A stretch of DNA of 32,000 bases from an uncultured Planctomycetia bacterium (GCA_964536865.1 CAZHYN010000001.1:150001-182000), one strand, 5' to 3'; shown: positions 1 to 9,206, counted from the first letter of the stretch. Notes: generated from the letters alone by a model not told the origin. Program-made: numbers and translations.

Positions 1-18
1 AATAATGTACATTTTAAA

Positions 19-38
19 TAGACGGACTGGTCAGTCTA
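19..38. promoter_or_regulatory. Imperfect 20-bp palindrome, candidate TetR operator
   Basis: TAGACGGACTGGTCAGTCTA pairs at 8 of 10 positions as an inverted repeat. It ends on the A of the ATG at 38. The upstream promoter lies outside the window, so the context is incomplete. Confidence 0.3.
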
Positions 39-670
39 TGAAAAGAAGAGAAAGAAACGAAAATCTTATCAAAAAAAGAAAGAGCGAGATTCTTGACGCT
101 GCCGAAATTCTATTTTCTAAATATGGCTTTGCCAAAACCACAACAGATAAAATTATGGAGCTTGCTAAATTAGGAAAAGGAACTATCTATCGCTATTTTA
201 AAAATAAAAAAGATATATTTTTTGCTGTTGTGGATAGAGGTTTAGATAGATTAAAAGAGGAGATGCTTAAAAATACAGAAAAAATTGATGATGTATTAAA
301 AAGGATAGAGGTAGCCGTAAAAACTTATCTAAGTTTTTTTGAAAAGAACGCAAATTTGGTGAATATCTTATTACATGAGCAGGCAGGTTTTCAGGAAAGG
401 ATTGCAAAAAAATATTTAGAGCACTATCACGGTAATATAGAAAGAGTTAAAGCAACTTTTAAAAAGGGAATCTCTCAAAAATTAATAAAAAATATAGATA
501 TAGAGACGACAATCGGTGTTCTTACAAGTATATTAAATGGGCTTATTTACAGATGGAAGATTGAAGGAAAAAGATTTAGGTTAACACAAAAAACCCTTCT
601 TATTTTAAAGATTTTCTTTACAGGAATTGTCAGGGACAAAAAAAGAAGAAGAGAATATGAAAATTTATAA
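38..670 (+). CDS. TetR/AcrR family transcriptional regulator, likely repressor of the downstream efflux operon
   Basis: The N-terminal HTH signature ILDAAEILFSKYGFAKTTTDKIMELAKLGKGTIYRYFKNKKDIFFAV is typical of TetR. The ORF is open from 5, but the ATG at 38 (MKRRERNENLIKKRKSEIL...) gives the usual short arm before the HTH. It sits directly upstream of the OMF-MFP-RND genes. Confidence 0.85.
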   Translation: MKRRERNENLIKKRKSEILDAAEILFSKYGFAKTTTDKIMELAKLGKGTIYRYFKNKKDIFFAVVDRGLDRLKEEMLKNTEKIDDVLKRIEVAVKTYLSFFEKNANLVNILLHEQAGFQERIAKKYLEHYHGNIERVKATFKKGISQKLIKNIDIETTIGVLTSILNGLIYRWKIEGKRFRLTQKTLLILKIFFTGIVRDKKRRREYENL

Positions 671-1958
671 ATTATTTCTTTTATTCTTTAGTTTTCTTTT
701 TGCTTTTACAGGATTTTCTCAAGACAAAGAAAAAATTTTAGTTTTAGATGAGAAAAAAGCAGTAAAGATTGCATTAAAAAGAAACTGGGATATTTTAATT
801 AAGGATGAAAAGTTAAAAGAAGCTTATGCTCAACTTTTAAAGGTATGGAGTAGAGTTTTTCCTCAAATTTCCTCTTTTTGTACTTATCAAAGATATAATG
901 ACCATCCTTTTATAAACTATCCTGATAATAAAGGTTATGGATTTAGTGTTGATCAGGTAATTTTTAATGCTCAAGTTTTTAATGCTATAAAAGCGGCTCA
1001 TCCCTTCTTAAATTCAGTAAAAGAAGAAAGAAGTGAACAATTTAATGCTGTAACTTTTGAGGTCAAAAAAGCCTTTCTTTATTCTTTAATTGCCCAAGAG
1101 AGTTTAGAAGTTACTCAAAATGCTCTAAATCTTGCACGTAAGTATTTAAAGACAACAAAGATACGTTTTGAAAATGGAGAAGCTTCAGATTATGATGTTT
1201 TAAGAGCAGAGGTTGAAGTTAAAAATTTAGAGTATAAATTTTTGAAAGCAAAATCAGTTTATAAGACTTCTTTAAATTATTTAAAGCTTTTGTTGGGAAT
1301 TAATCCTCAGGAGAAACTTAAGATAAAAGGTGAGGTAGAATTTAAAAGATTCAGGAAAGACTTTGCTTCTTTGGTTAAATCTGCTTTAGGTAGAAGATCA
1401 TTGATTAAAGCAATAGAATTTAAAGAAGAGTCTTTAAAACACAATTTAAGTGCAGTAAAATCTGAATTTTTTCCTTCTTTGGCATTGAACTTTCAAGATA
1501 TGGCTAATGAGAAAGAAACATTTGCTTTTAATAGAGAAAAATACCAAGATTACTGGATACTTACTTTAAGATTGAATTTTCCTATTTTTGAGGGAGGATT
1601 AAGATTTTTTAAGGTTAAAGAGGCAAAATCGCAACTAAAACAGATTAAGTTATTAAAAGAGAAAACAATTTCTGGTATAAAAATTGAAATAAAGAACGCT
1701 CTTTTTAATTTAGAAAGTACAAAAAAAGAAGTTGAGGCTACACAAAGCAATGTAAAAGATGCAAAAAGAATGTATGAGATTATTTATAAAAGGTATCTTG
1801 AAGGAGAAGCATCTTACTTGGATATTTTAGATGCAAGAAATACACTTTTAGCTTCTCAATTAAATAACTTGCAGGCACTTTTTGATTATAATTTATCTTT
1901 ACTTAAATTGAGGTATCTTACAGGAGAGAATTTAGAAAAAGAGGAGGGTAATTTATGA
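657..1958 (+). CDS. TolC-family outer membrane efflux protein (OMF)
   Basis: The ORF is open from 627. The ATG at 657 gives a classical signal peptide, MKIYKLFLLFFSFLFAFTGFSQ. The roughly 430-aa helix-rich protein is the first gene of an RND operon, and its stop overlaps the next start (ATGA at 1955-1958). Confidence 0.8.
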   Translation: MKIYKLFLLFFSFLFAFTGFSQDKEKILVLDEKKAVKIALKRNWDILIKDEKLKEAYAQLLKVWSRVFPQISSFCTYQRYNDHPFINYPDNKGYGFSVDQVIFNAQVFNAIKAAHPFLNSVKEERSEQFNAVTFEVKKAFLYSLIAQESLEVTQNALNLARKYLKTTKIRFENGEASDYDVLRAEVEVKNLEYKFLKAKSVYKTSLNYLKLLLGINPQEKLKIKGEVEFKRFRKDFASLVKSALGRRSLIKAIEFKEESLKHNLSAVKSEFFPSLALNFQDMANEKETFAFNREKYQDYWILTLRLNFPIFEGGLRFFKVKEAKSQLKQIKLLKEKTISGIKIEIKNALFNLESTKKEVEATQSNVKDAKRMYEIIYKRYLEGEASYLDILDARNTLLASQLNNLQALFDYNLSLLKLRYLTGENLEKEEGNL

Positions 1959-2854
1959 GAAGATTATTTTTCTATCTTTTTTTGATAGTTTTTATTTTAA
2001 ATGGATGCGCAAAAAAGGAAGTAGAAAAGAAAATAAAGGAAATTCCTGTGGAAGTAGCTAAAGTAGAGACCAAAAAAATAAAAGAGATTTTAAAATTTAC
2101 CGGAACAATAAAAGGAAAAGAACAAGTTCAGGTCTTTCCCAAAGTAGGAGGAAAATTAATTAAATATTTGGTTGAAGAAGGTGATTATGTAAAAAAGGAC
2201 GATGTGATTGCTTTAATTGATAGAGATATAACTGGTTTTGAATACAAATCTCACAAAGTCTTATCTCCAATCTCAGGTAAAGTTTTAAAAGCAGATTTAG
2301 ATAAAGGGAGTCTGCTAAATCCTGAAATCCCTGTTGCTATAGTTGCTGATACCTCATCCGTAAAAATAAAAATAGATGTTTCTGAAGTAGATTATCCCAA
2401 ACTAAAAATAGGAAATAAAGCTATTATTAAAGTAGATGCTTATCCTGATAAAGAATTTGAAGGAAGATTAACTAAATTAGATAAATACATTGACTCCTAC
2501 ACAAGAACAGCGGAAGCAGAAATTGAGGCACCTAACAAAGAAGGTTTACTTATCCCAGGAAGCTTTGCCAGAATTACTCTTTTTGTGGGAACACATAAAG
2601 CTTTAACGATGCCTTTAGATGCTCTGTTAAGGATGCCTGGCACAGGCAGTTACTATTGTTTTAAAGTTGAAAATGATAAGGCAAAAAAAACTTTCTTAAA
2701 AATTGGAGTTATTCAGGATAATCTGGTGGAGATTAAAGAGGGTTTAAAAGAGGGTGATTTAGTAATTGTCTCAGGACAAGGGGCATTAGAGGAAGGCACT
2801 CCTGTTAAACCAATTTCTGCCTCAGGGGTGGAAATGGAGGTAGGAAAGAGATGA
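1955..2854 (+). CDS. RND efflux periplasmic adaptor (membrane fusion protein, HlyD family), lipoprotein
   Basis: It has a lipobox-type N-terminus, LFLIVFILNGC. The beta-barrel/lipoyl-like segments (VKKDDVIALID, ISGKV) are typical of MFPs. It is translationally coupled to the RND gene by ATGA at 2851-2854. Confidence 0.85.
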   Translation: MRRLFFYLFLIVFILNGCAKKEVEKKIKEIPVEVAKVETKKIKEILKFTGTIKGKEQVQVFPKVGGKLIKYLVEEGDYVKKDDVIALIDRDITGFEYKSHKVLSPISGKVLKADLDKGSLLNPEIPVAIVADTSSVKIKIDVSEVDYPKLKIGNKAIIKVDAYPDKEFEGRLTKLDKYIDSYTRTAEAEIEAPNKEGLLIPGSFARITLFVGTHKALTMPLDALLRMPGTGSYYCFKVENDKAKKTFLKIGVIQDNLVEIKEGLKEGDLVIVSGQGALEEGTPVKPISASGVEMEVGKR

Positions 2855-5800
2855 ATTTGCCTCAATTTGCTGTAAGGCGACCTTACACAGTTTTAATGAT
2901 ATTTCTGGCAATCTTTCTTATAGGCATTGTCTCTATATTTAAATTAAGAATTGACCTTTTACCAGAAATTGAACCTCCTGTAATTTCAGTTTTAGTTCCC
3001 TATCCAGGAGCTTCAGCTTCAGATGTGGAATCAGATGTAGTCAAATACTTAGAAGATAAACTTTCTACAGTTCCCAATTTAGATGAACTAAATTCTTTAG
3101 CAAAAGATAATTTAGGAATGGTTTCCTGCAAATTTAAGTGGGGCACAAACTTAGATGTTGCCTCAAACGATATAAGAGACAAACTGGATTTAGCCAAATG
3201 GGATATAAAAGAACATGCTCCTGATGCAGAAGAACCGATTTTGTTTAAGTTTTCCTCAGCCACTGCTCCCATTATGGCAATTACAATTTCGGCACCTTCT
3301 TCCTGGCCCCAGCTTTACAGGATAGTAGATAAAAAGGTTGCCGATAGCTTAAAAAGGACAAAAGGTGTGGGAGCAGTAATGATTTATGGAGGACTTCGCC
3401 GTCAGATAAAGGTAGAGTTAGATTGGCAAAAAATAAAAGCTTATAATATCCCTCTTTCTTTGATTATTCAGAGATTAAGAGAAGAAAACCTTGATTTTCC
3501 TTTAGGAAAAATAAAAAAAGGAAAGCGTGATTATTTTTTAAGAATAAAGAAGCGTTTTAAAAATCCACAAGAAATAAAAAATATCTTGATTACTCAATAT
3601 AAAGAGAAACCTGTTTATTTAAAAGATATAGCCAAGGTAAGTGATGATTTTGAAGAGGACAAAATGAAAGGATATTGTAATGGCAAGAAGGCAATTATTT
3701 TAATTGTTCAGAAGCAGTCAGGCAAAAATACAGTTGAAGTCTGCAACAACATTAAAAAGACATTAAAAAAAGTTAAAAAGTTTCTACCTAAAGATGCAGA
3801 AATCACCATCCCTATGGATTCTTCAGAATTTATTCTTATGGCAATAAAAAATTTAGCCAAAACTGTAGTTACTGCTGGAATTTTGGTAGTTATTGTCACT
3901 CTGCTTTTTTTAAGAAGACTGAGAGCATCTTTAATAATCTCTTTAACTATCCCTTTTTCTTTAATCTGTGCTTTTATCTTCTTATTCTTAGGTGGTTTTA
4001 CAATCAATGTTATGTCCTTGATGAGTTTAGCAATTGCTATTGGAATGGTGGTGGATAATGCCATTGTTGTTTTAGAAAATATTACCCGCCATATTGAGGA
4101 AGACCAAAAACCACATGAGGCATCTGTTTTTGCATCTGGTGAGGTAGGAGGAGCTATCTTTGCCTCAACCTTAACTACAATTTGTGTATTTGTTCCTTTA
4201 ATTTTTGTAACGGGACTGGCAGGTATTATGTTCAAGCAATTAGGAGCAGTTGTCTCAATTACTATTTTTTCTTCTCTTTTTGTAGCCTTAACTTTAACTC
4301 CGATGTTAGCTTCCAAATGGATTAAAAAAGAAACATATACTGAGAAAAATAAACTTTCTAAATTTTATCTTTTGGGAGAAAAGTTTTTTAAAAATATCGA
4401 AGCTTTTTATGTAAAGATTTTAGATTATGCACTTTCTCATAAAAAGAAAATTTTAACTTCTCTTATAATAATATTTTTTGTAAGTATTTTTTTAGCTCGT
4501 TTTATCGGTCAGGATTTATTCCCTGATGTAGATACAGGAGATATAGATATAATGTTCAGATTGAATGAATCAGCAAGGATTGAGGAAACAGATAAGATTT
4601 TAAAAAAGATTGGAAAGATTTATGAAGAGTTGGTTCCAGAAAGAAAATCCTATTATGCTTTTGCTGGTGAATCTGAGAAAGGGATTGGTGTTGCTTTAGG
4701 GTTTGAGGAAGGTCCAAATGTGGGTGAAGTGGGAGCAAAACTTGTTCCCAGAACTGAAAGAAAAAAAAGGGTTTATGAGATTGCTGATATTTTGCGAAAA
4801 AAGATTGAAAAAATTGCTGGTATTGAAAAATTAAAAGTAATTGCTACCACTCCTATAAAACAGATGCTTATGGCAGGTAAAGGGAAGATTGAGGTGGAAT
4901 TGATAGGTTCAGATTTAGATAAACTGCAAAAGTATGCAGAAAAATTGGAAAAAGAGATGAAAAAAATTCCTGGAGTAGTAGATGTAAGAAGTTCATTTAA
5001 AAGACCAAGATTAGAATTACATATAGATATCGATAGAGAAAAAGCAAATCTTTTAGGAGTAAATACAGCTATTTTAGCATCTGGTTTGCGAACTTATTTT
5101 TACGGGTATGAGGCTACAAAGTTCAGAGAAGCAGGAGATGATTTTGATATATTTTTGCAGTTAAAGGAAAAACAACGGTACAGTCTGGATGATTTAGGAG
5201 AGATTCCTGTGCCTACAATGAGTGGTAAACTTGTTAAGTTAAAGACTTTTGCTAAGGTTAATATGGGGTTAGGGCCTGTAGAGATTAAGCGTAAAAACAG
5301 GGAGAGAATTATAAGTGTAGGGTGCGATACTTATAAAAGAGCAATGAGTGATATTAAAAAAGATATTGAGAAGGTAATAAAAAAGTTAAATATACCTAAG
5401 GATATTGGGGTAAATTTTGGAGGACAGGTTGAGGAACAAAAGAAAGCTTTTGGTGATTTAGGTGTTTTATTGTTGATAGGAATGATTTTAGTTTATATGG
5501 TAATGGTTGGACAATTTGAGTCCTTAAAGACTCCTTTCATAATCTATTTTTCTGTTCCTTTTGCCTTTGTAGGAGTAATCTGGACACTTCTTCTGACAGG
5601 AACTCATTTTTCTATAGTAACATTTATGGCAGTTATTATGCTTGTAGGTGTTGTAGTAAATAACGCTATAGTTTTGGTTGATTATACAAATATTTTAAGG
5701 GCAAGGGGACTAAATTTATTTGAGGCAATAAAGCTTGCTGGAAGGCACAGGCTTCGCCCTGTTTTAATGACTTCTTTCACCACAATTTTTGGTATGCTTC

Positions 5801-5940
5801 CTTTGGCTTTAGGAAGGGGACAGGGAGGAGAAATCTGGCAGGCATTTGGGATTACACCTATTGGAGGGCTTCTTTTATCAAGTTTAGTTACCTTAGTTTT
5901 AGTTCCTATAATCTATTCAATTTTCCATAAAGAAAAATAA
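2851..5940 (+). CDS. RND efflux transporter permease (AcrB/CzcA superfamily)
   Basis: The 1029-aa protein has a 12-TM pseudo-repeat architecture with two large periplasmic loops. The conserved TM4/TM10 motifs VDNAIVVLENI and VVNNAIVLVDY are present. Confidence 0.95.
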   Translation: MNLPQFAVRRPYTVLMIFLAIFLIGIVSIFKLRIDLLPEIEPPVISVLVPYPGASASDVESDVVKYLEDKLSTVPNLDELNSLAKDNLGMVSCKFKWGTNLDVASNDIRDKLDLAKWDIKEHAPDAEEPILFKFSSATAPIMAITISAPSSWPQLYRIVDKKVADSLKRTKGVGAVMIYGGLRRQIKVELDWQKIKAYNIPLSLIIQRLREENLDFPLGKIKKGKRDYFLRIKKRFKNPQEIKNILITQYKEKPVYLKDIAKVSDDFEEDKMKGYCNGKKAIILIVQKQSGKNTVEVCNNIKKTLKKVKKFLPKDAEITIPMDSSEFILMAIKNLAKTVVTAGILVVIVTLLFLRRLRASLIISLTIPFSLICAFIFLFLGGFTINVMSLMSLAIAIGMVVDNAIVVLENITRHIEEDQKPHEASVFASGEVGGAIFASTLTTICVFVPLIFVTGLAGIMFKQLGAVVSITIFSSLFVALTLTPMLASKWIKKETYTEKNKLSKFYLLGEKFFKNIEAFYVKILDYALSHKKKILTSLIIIFFVSIFLARFIGQDLFPDVDTGDIDIMFRLNESARIEETDKILKKIGKIYEELVPERKSYYAFAGESEKGIGVALGFEEGPNVGEVGAKLVPRTERKKRVYEIADILRKKIEKIAGIEKLKVIATTPIKQMLMAGKGKIEVELIGSDLDKLQKYAEKLEKEMKKIPGVVDVRSSFKRPRLELHIDIDREKANLLGVNTAILASGLRTYFYGYEATKFREAGDDFDIFLQLKEKQRYSLDDLGEIPVPTMSGKLVKLKTFAKVNMGLGPVEIKRKNRERIISVGCDTYKRAMSDIKKDIEKVIKKLNIPKDIGVNFGGQVEEQKKAFGDLGVLLLIGMILVYMVMVGQFESLKTPFIIYFSVPFAFVGVIWTLLLTGTHFSIVTFMAVIMLVGVVVNNAIVLVDYTNILRARGLNLFEAIKLAGRHRLRPVLMTSFTTIFGMLPLALGRGQGGEIWQAFGITPIGGLLLSSLVTLVLVPIIYSIFHKEK

Positions 5941-6860
5941 TGTTTTATGATTATTCTTTTAAAAAAGAATACAGAAAAAAGCTTTTAAAGGAGAACAAAA
6001 GATTTAAAGAATACATAATAGAATTTGAAAGTCCTTTTAAAAAATATCCTGATAAAGCTTGTGGTTTCTTATTTCTTCCTCATCAATTAAAAACAAAAAA
6101 AGCTTTAATCTTTCTTCATGGCTCAGGTAGTTATCACTTTGGCTTCTTTAAAAATTTTTCCTTACTCTTTTCCCAAAAAGGCATTCCTACATTTTTCATA
6201 ATTTTACCCTTCCATTATCTGCGAAAAAAAGAAAAGAACAATTTTTTCAGTGATAATCTATTTGAAATTTTTGATAGTTTCCGTCAGGCAGTAATTGATA
6301 CAAGGGCTTCTCTTGACTGTTTAGAAAAAGAAGGTTTCTTAGAAGATTTTTCTATTTTGGGGATAAGTTTGGGAGGTATGATTGCTACCATTGTATCTGC
6401 AGTTGATGAAAGAATTAAAAAAGCAATTTTGATAAATACAGGTGGAGGATTTTTTTATATTGTCTGGGAAAGTCTTTTGCCTTTTTTAAGAAAAAATTAT
6501 AAAAGAACCCATCATCTTTATGGGTGTAATAAGGAAAGGTGTCAGAAGATTTACAGTTTTCATAAAGAATTTGTCAAAGAATTAAAAGATATAAGTTTAC
6601 TGGGAAAAATTAAACCTGAAAAAGAGTGTTTTTTATTTGACCCTTTAAGTTTTTGCCATCTTTTAAAAGAAAAAGTAAAAGTAATCCTTTTCTTTTCTTC
6701 GTTTGATGAGATAATCCCTAAAAAAGCACAGAAGATTTTTGAAGAAGCCTTAGGATATCCACCTAAATACACTCTTTCTGGCGACCATTTTTTATCCTTA
6801 ATTTTAAACAAGAAAAAAATCATAAATATTTCTTCCCAATTTTTGTTGAATGATAATTAA
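5940..6860 (+). CDS. Alpha/beta-fold hydrolase (Ser-Asp-His), translationally coupled to the RND pump
   Basis: It has an HG oxyanion motif (IFLHGSGS) and a nucleophile elbow (GISLGG). Candidate catalytic Asp (SFDEIIP) and His (SGDHF) are present. Its start overlaps the RND stop (TAATG at 5938-5942). Confidence 0.7.
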   Translation: MFYDYSFKKEYRKKLLKENKRFKEYIIEFESPFKKYPDKACGFLFLPHQLKTKKALIFLHGSGSYHFGFFKNFSLLFSQKGIPTFFIILPFHYLRKKEKNNFFSDNLFEIFDSFRQAVIDTRASLDCLEKEGFLEDFSILGISLGGMIATIVSAVDERIKKAILINTGGGFFYIVWESLLPFLRKNYKRTHHLYGCNKERCQKIYSFHKEFVKELKDISLLGKIKPEKECFLFDPLSFCHLLKEKVKVILFFSSFDEIIPKKAQKIFEEALGYPPKYTLSGDHFLSLILNKKKIINISSQFLLNDN

Positions 6861-6912
6861 AAACCATATTTTTGCCCCTGGGGTGGAAATGGTAGAAAAG
6901 TAGGAGGGAAAA

Positions 6913-7203
6913 ATGAAATTGGTGATTATCTGTTATAACATTGCTATTGGTGAGGAGGTATTAGAGGTTTTAGAAGAGTTAGAAATTAAAAGTTATACAA
7001 GGTTTAAAGAGGCACAAGGAGTGGGTAGATTAAGTGGACCTCATTTAGGTAATCATATCTGGCCAGCAATAAATTCAGTTTTGATGGTAGCTTTAGATGA
7101 GGATAAAAAAGATGAACTTATTGAGAAAATAAAAGAATTGCGAAAAAAATTAGGAAAAGAAGGTATAAAAGCATTTGTTTTACCAGTTGAGGAAATTACA
7201 TAA
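6913..7203 (+). CDS. Small PII-like / transporter-associated protein (96 aa)
   Basis: A good SD (GGAGGG) precedes the start. The pattern MKLVIICYN...EEVLEVLEELEIKSYTRF...GVG suggests a beta-alpha-beta, PII/CutA-like fold. From memory it resembles the small PG0541-type proteins encoded at the end of OMF-MFP-RND operons. This is unverified. Confidence 0.45.
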   Translation: MKLVIICYNIAIGEEVLEVLEELEIKSYTRFKEAQGVGRLSGPHLGNHIWPAINSVLMVALDEDKKDELIEKIKELRKKLGKEGIKAFVLPVEEIT

Positions 7204-7224
7204 TAATGTGAAAAAATAATTTCC

Positions 7225-7252
7225 TTGACATTTTGATAGAGAGTGTTATTAT
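7225..7252 (+). promoter_or_regulatory. Sigma70-type promoter for marR and the radical SAM gene, with an overlapping inverted repeat
   Basis: The promoter reads TTGACA (7225-7230), 16 nt spacer, TATTAT (7247-7252). The inverted repeat TTGATA (7233-7238) / TATCAA (7250-7255) spans the spacer and the -10 box. Confidence 0.55.
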
Positions 7253-7290
7253 CAATAAAATAGTTAGGTATACGAAGTATTTTTTTAAAA

Positions 7291-7758
7291 ATGAGGAAGA
7301 AAAAAGAATTATATAATTATATTTTCCGCCTGGATAATCTGCTTCCTGTTTTAATTAAACATTTTCAAATTCCTCAACCACATAAATTACTTGGAATTAA
7401 AATTACTCTTCAGCAGTATCTTGCCTTAAATATGTTAATCAAAAAAGGCAGGTGCATGGTTTCGGATTTAAGTAAAAATTTAGGCGTTGCTTTAAGCACA
7501 ATGACAGAATTGGTTGATCGCTTGGCAAAAAAGCAATTTGTTAAAAAGATTAAGGATTTAAAAGATCGTCGTATAGTATGGATTAATCTGACTGAAAAAG
7601 GAACAAAGATTATCCAAGAGATAAATAGGAAAAAGCAGAAATATATCTTAAATGTTCTTGAAAAATTAACAGAAAAGGAAAGAAAGCTTTTAATTGATAT
7701 ACTGGAGAGAATCTCCCAGGTTGCTAAAAGAATAGAGATGAAGGGTATGAGGATTTAA
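7291..7758 (+). CDS. MarR family transcriptional regulator
   Basis: The winged-helix core LQQYLALNMLIKKGRCMVSDLSKNLGVALSTMTELVDRLAKKQFVKKIKDLKDRRIVWINLTEKG is typical of MarR. Confidence 0.85.
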   Translation: MRKKKELYNYIFRLDNLLPVLIKHFQIPQPHKLLGIKITLQQYLALNMLIKKGRCMVSDLSKNLGVALSTMTELVDRLAKKQFVKKIKDLKDRRIVWINLTEKGTKIIQEINRKKQKYILNVLEKLTEKERKLLIDILERISQVAKRIEMKGMRI

Positions 7759-7784
7759 CTTATTCTTTCAGGAAAGGAGGCAGG

Positions 7785-9206
7785 ATGAATTTTAAAGAGA
7801 AGATAGAAAGAGAAATAATAAAAAATATTTTAAAAATGCTTCCTCGTATGTCAGAGAAAAATTTAATAAGAGCTACTTATCTGGTGGAGAAACTTCCTCA
7901 AGATGAAGGAATAAGAAAAGCAGTAAAAATTGTAAGAGAATATTTTGAAAAAGGGCACCCTTCTGTGAAACTGGCAAAAAGAATCTGGGGTGAGCTACAT
8001 CCCAACTGCTTAAACAAACTTGTGGAGAATTTCTTTATCAATGCCTGTTTTATTTCTGACAGAATAAGAAGAGAGATTGAGGAAAAAGAAGGTTTTCATA
8101 TCCCCTGGTTTTTTGTTATCTCTCCTACAATGAAATGTAACCTGCATTGCCGGGGCTGTTCTGTAGAAAGTTATAAAAAAGATGAGGATTTGCCAAAAGA
8201 GATATGGGATAGAATATTAGATGAAGCACAATCCTTGGGAATCTATTTTATCACTGTTCAGGGAGGAGAGACATTTGTAAGAAAAGATATGTTAGATATT
8301 TATGCCTCACATCCAGATATGTATTTTCAGGTTTATTCTAACGGGACTTTAATTGATAAAAAAATGGCAGAAAGACTGCAGGAGTTGGGAAATGTTGAGA
8401 TAAATTTATCTGTGGAAGGATTTGAGAAAGAGACAGATTCAAGAAGAGGAAAAGGTGTATGGCGTAAGGTAATGGAGGCAATGGACAATTTAAGAGAGGC
8501 AGGGGTGATGTTTGGTTTCTCTGTCACCCAGACCCGTTATAATACTGATATAATTACTTCTGATGAGTTTTTTAAGCTAATGGTAGAGAAAGGTTGCTAT
8601 ATTGGATGGTTTTTCCACTATATCCCTTTAGGAAAAGACCCGGATTTAGGTTTGGTGCCTCTGCCATCTCAGAGAAATAAGTTAAGAGAAAAGTTAAAAG
8701 AGGTAAGAGAAACCCTTCCTTTATTTGTGGGAGATTTCTGGAATGATGGTCCTTTTGTTCAGGGATGTATTGCTGGAGCTCGTCAGTATTGTCATATAAA
8801 TCATAGAGGAGATGTTGAGGCTTGCGCATTTTGCCATTTTGCTGTGGATAATATAAAAAGTGGTAAAAGTCTAAAAGAGATTTTCAACTCCCCATTTTTT
8901 AAAGAGATGCGCGAAAGAATTCAGTGGGAAGAGGCCTCCTGCCCCTACAGTGATAATCTTTTAACTCCTTGCCAGATAATTGACCAGCCTTGGGTTTTAA
9001 GAGAACTGGTAGAGAAACACAACGCTTACTCTACCGATGGAGCAGGTGATGTTTTATTAAAAGGAAAAGCAGCAAGGTTTTTAGATGAATACAGCAGGCA
9101 AATCCATGCTCTTTATGATAAAATCTGGGAGGAAGACTCTTATTATAAAGAAATAAGAGAAAATATAAGAGAGAAAAGAAAAAGACTTTTTGCTAAGGTA
9201 GAATAA
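7785..9206 (+). CDS. Radical SAM enzyme (473 aa) with an N-terminal helical extension and a Cys-rich C-terminal auxiliary-cluster domain; substrate unknown
   Basis: It carries a CX3CX2C motif (CNLHCRGC), a GGE motif (VQGGETF), and further core strands (VYSNGTLID, INLSVEG). The C-terminal cysteines GCIAGARQYCHINHRGDVEACAFCHF...SCPYS...PCQ resemble a SPASM/twitch domain. A strong SD (AAGGAGG) precedes the start. Confidence 0.85.
   Translation: MNFKEKIEREIIKNILKMLPRMSEKNLIRATYLVEKLPQDEGIRKAVKIVREYFEKGHPSVKLAKRIWGELHPNCLNKLVENFFINACFISDRIRREIEEKEGFHIPWFFVISPTMKCNLHCRGCSVESYKKDEDLPKEIWDRILDEAQSLGIYFITVQGGETFVRKDMLDIYASHPDMYFQVYSNGTLIDKKMAERLQELGNVEINLSVEGFEKETDSRRGKGVWRKVMEAMDNLREAGVMFGFSVTQTRYNTDIITSDEFFKLMVEKGCYIGWFFHYIPLGKDPDLGLVPLPSQRNKLREKLKEVRETLPLFVGDFWNDGPFVQGCIAGARQYCHINHRGDVEACAFCHFAVDNIKSGKSLKEIFNSPFFKEMRERIQWEEASCPYSDNLLTPCQIIDQPWVLRELVEKHNAYSTDGAGDVLLKGKAARFLDEYSRQIHALYDKIWEEDSYYKEIRENIREKRKRLFAKVE

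Noticed and set aside
2825-2837. The 13-nt G-rich motif GGGGTGGAAATGG occurs twice (2825-2837 and 6880-6892), each about 15-20 nt upstream of a start codon
   Set aside because: A few exact 13-mers shared by chance are expected in 32 kb. The first copy lies inside coding sequence (the MFP C-terminus), and both largely reflect purine-rich SD-like context. It is only worth revisiting if the motif recurs genome-wide.
3000-4738. Minus-strand ORFs of 60-202 aa inside the RND permease gene (3000-3272, 3708-4316, 4556-4738)
   Set aside because: They lie antisense to a confidently identified 1029-aa RND gene. Their translations are low-complexity shadow frames typical of AT-rich coding DNA.
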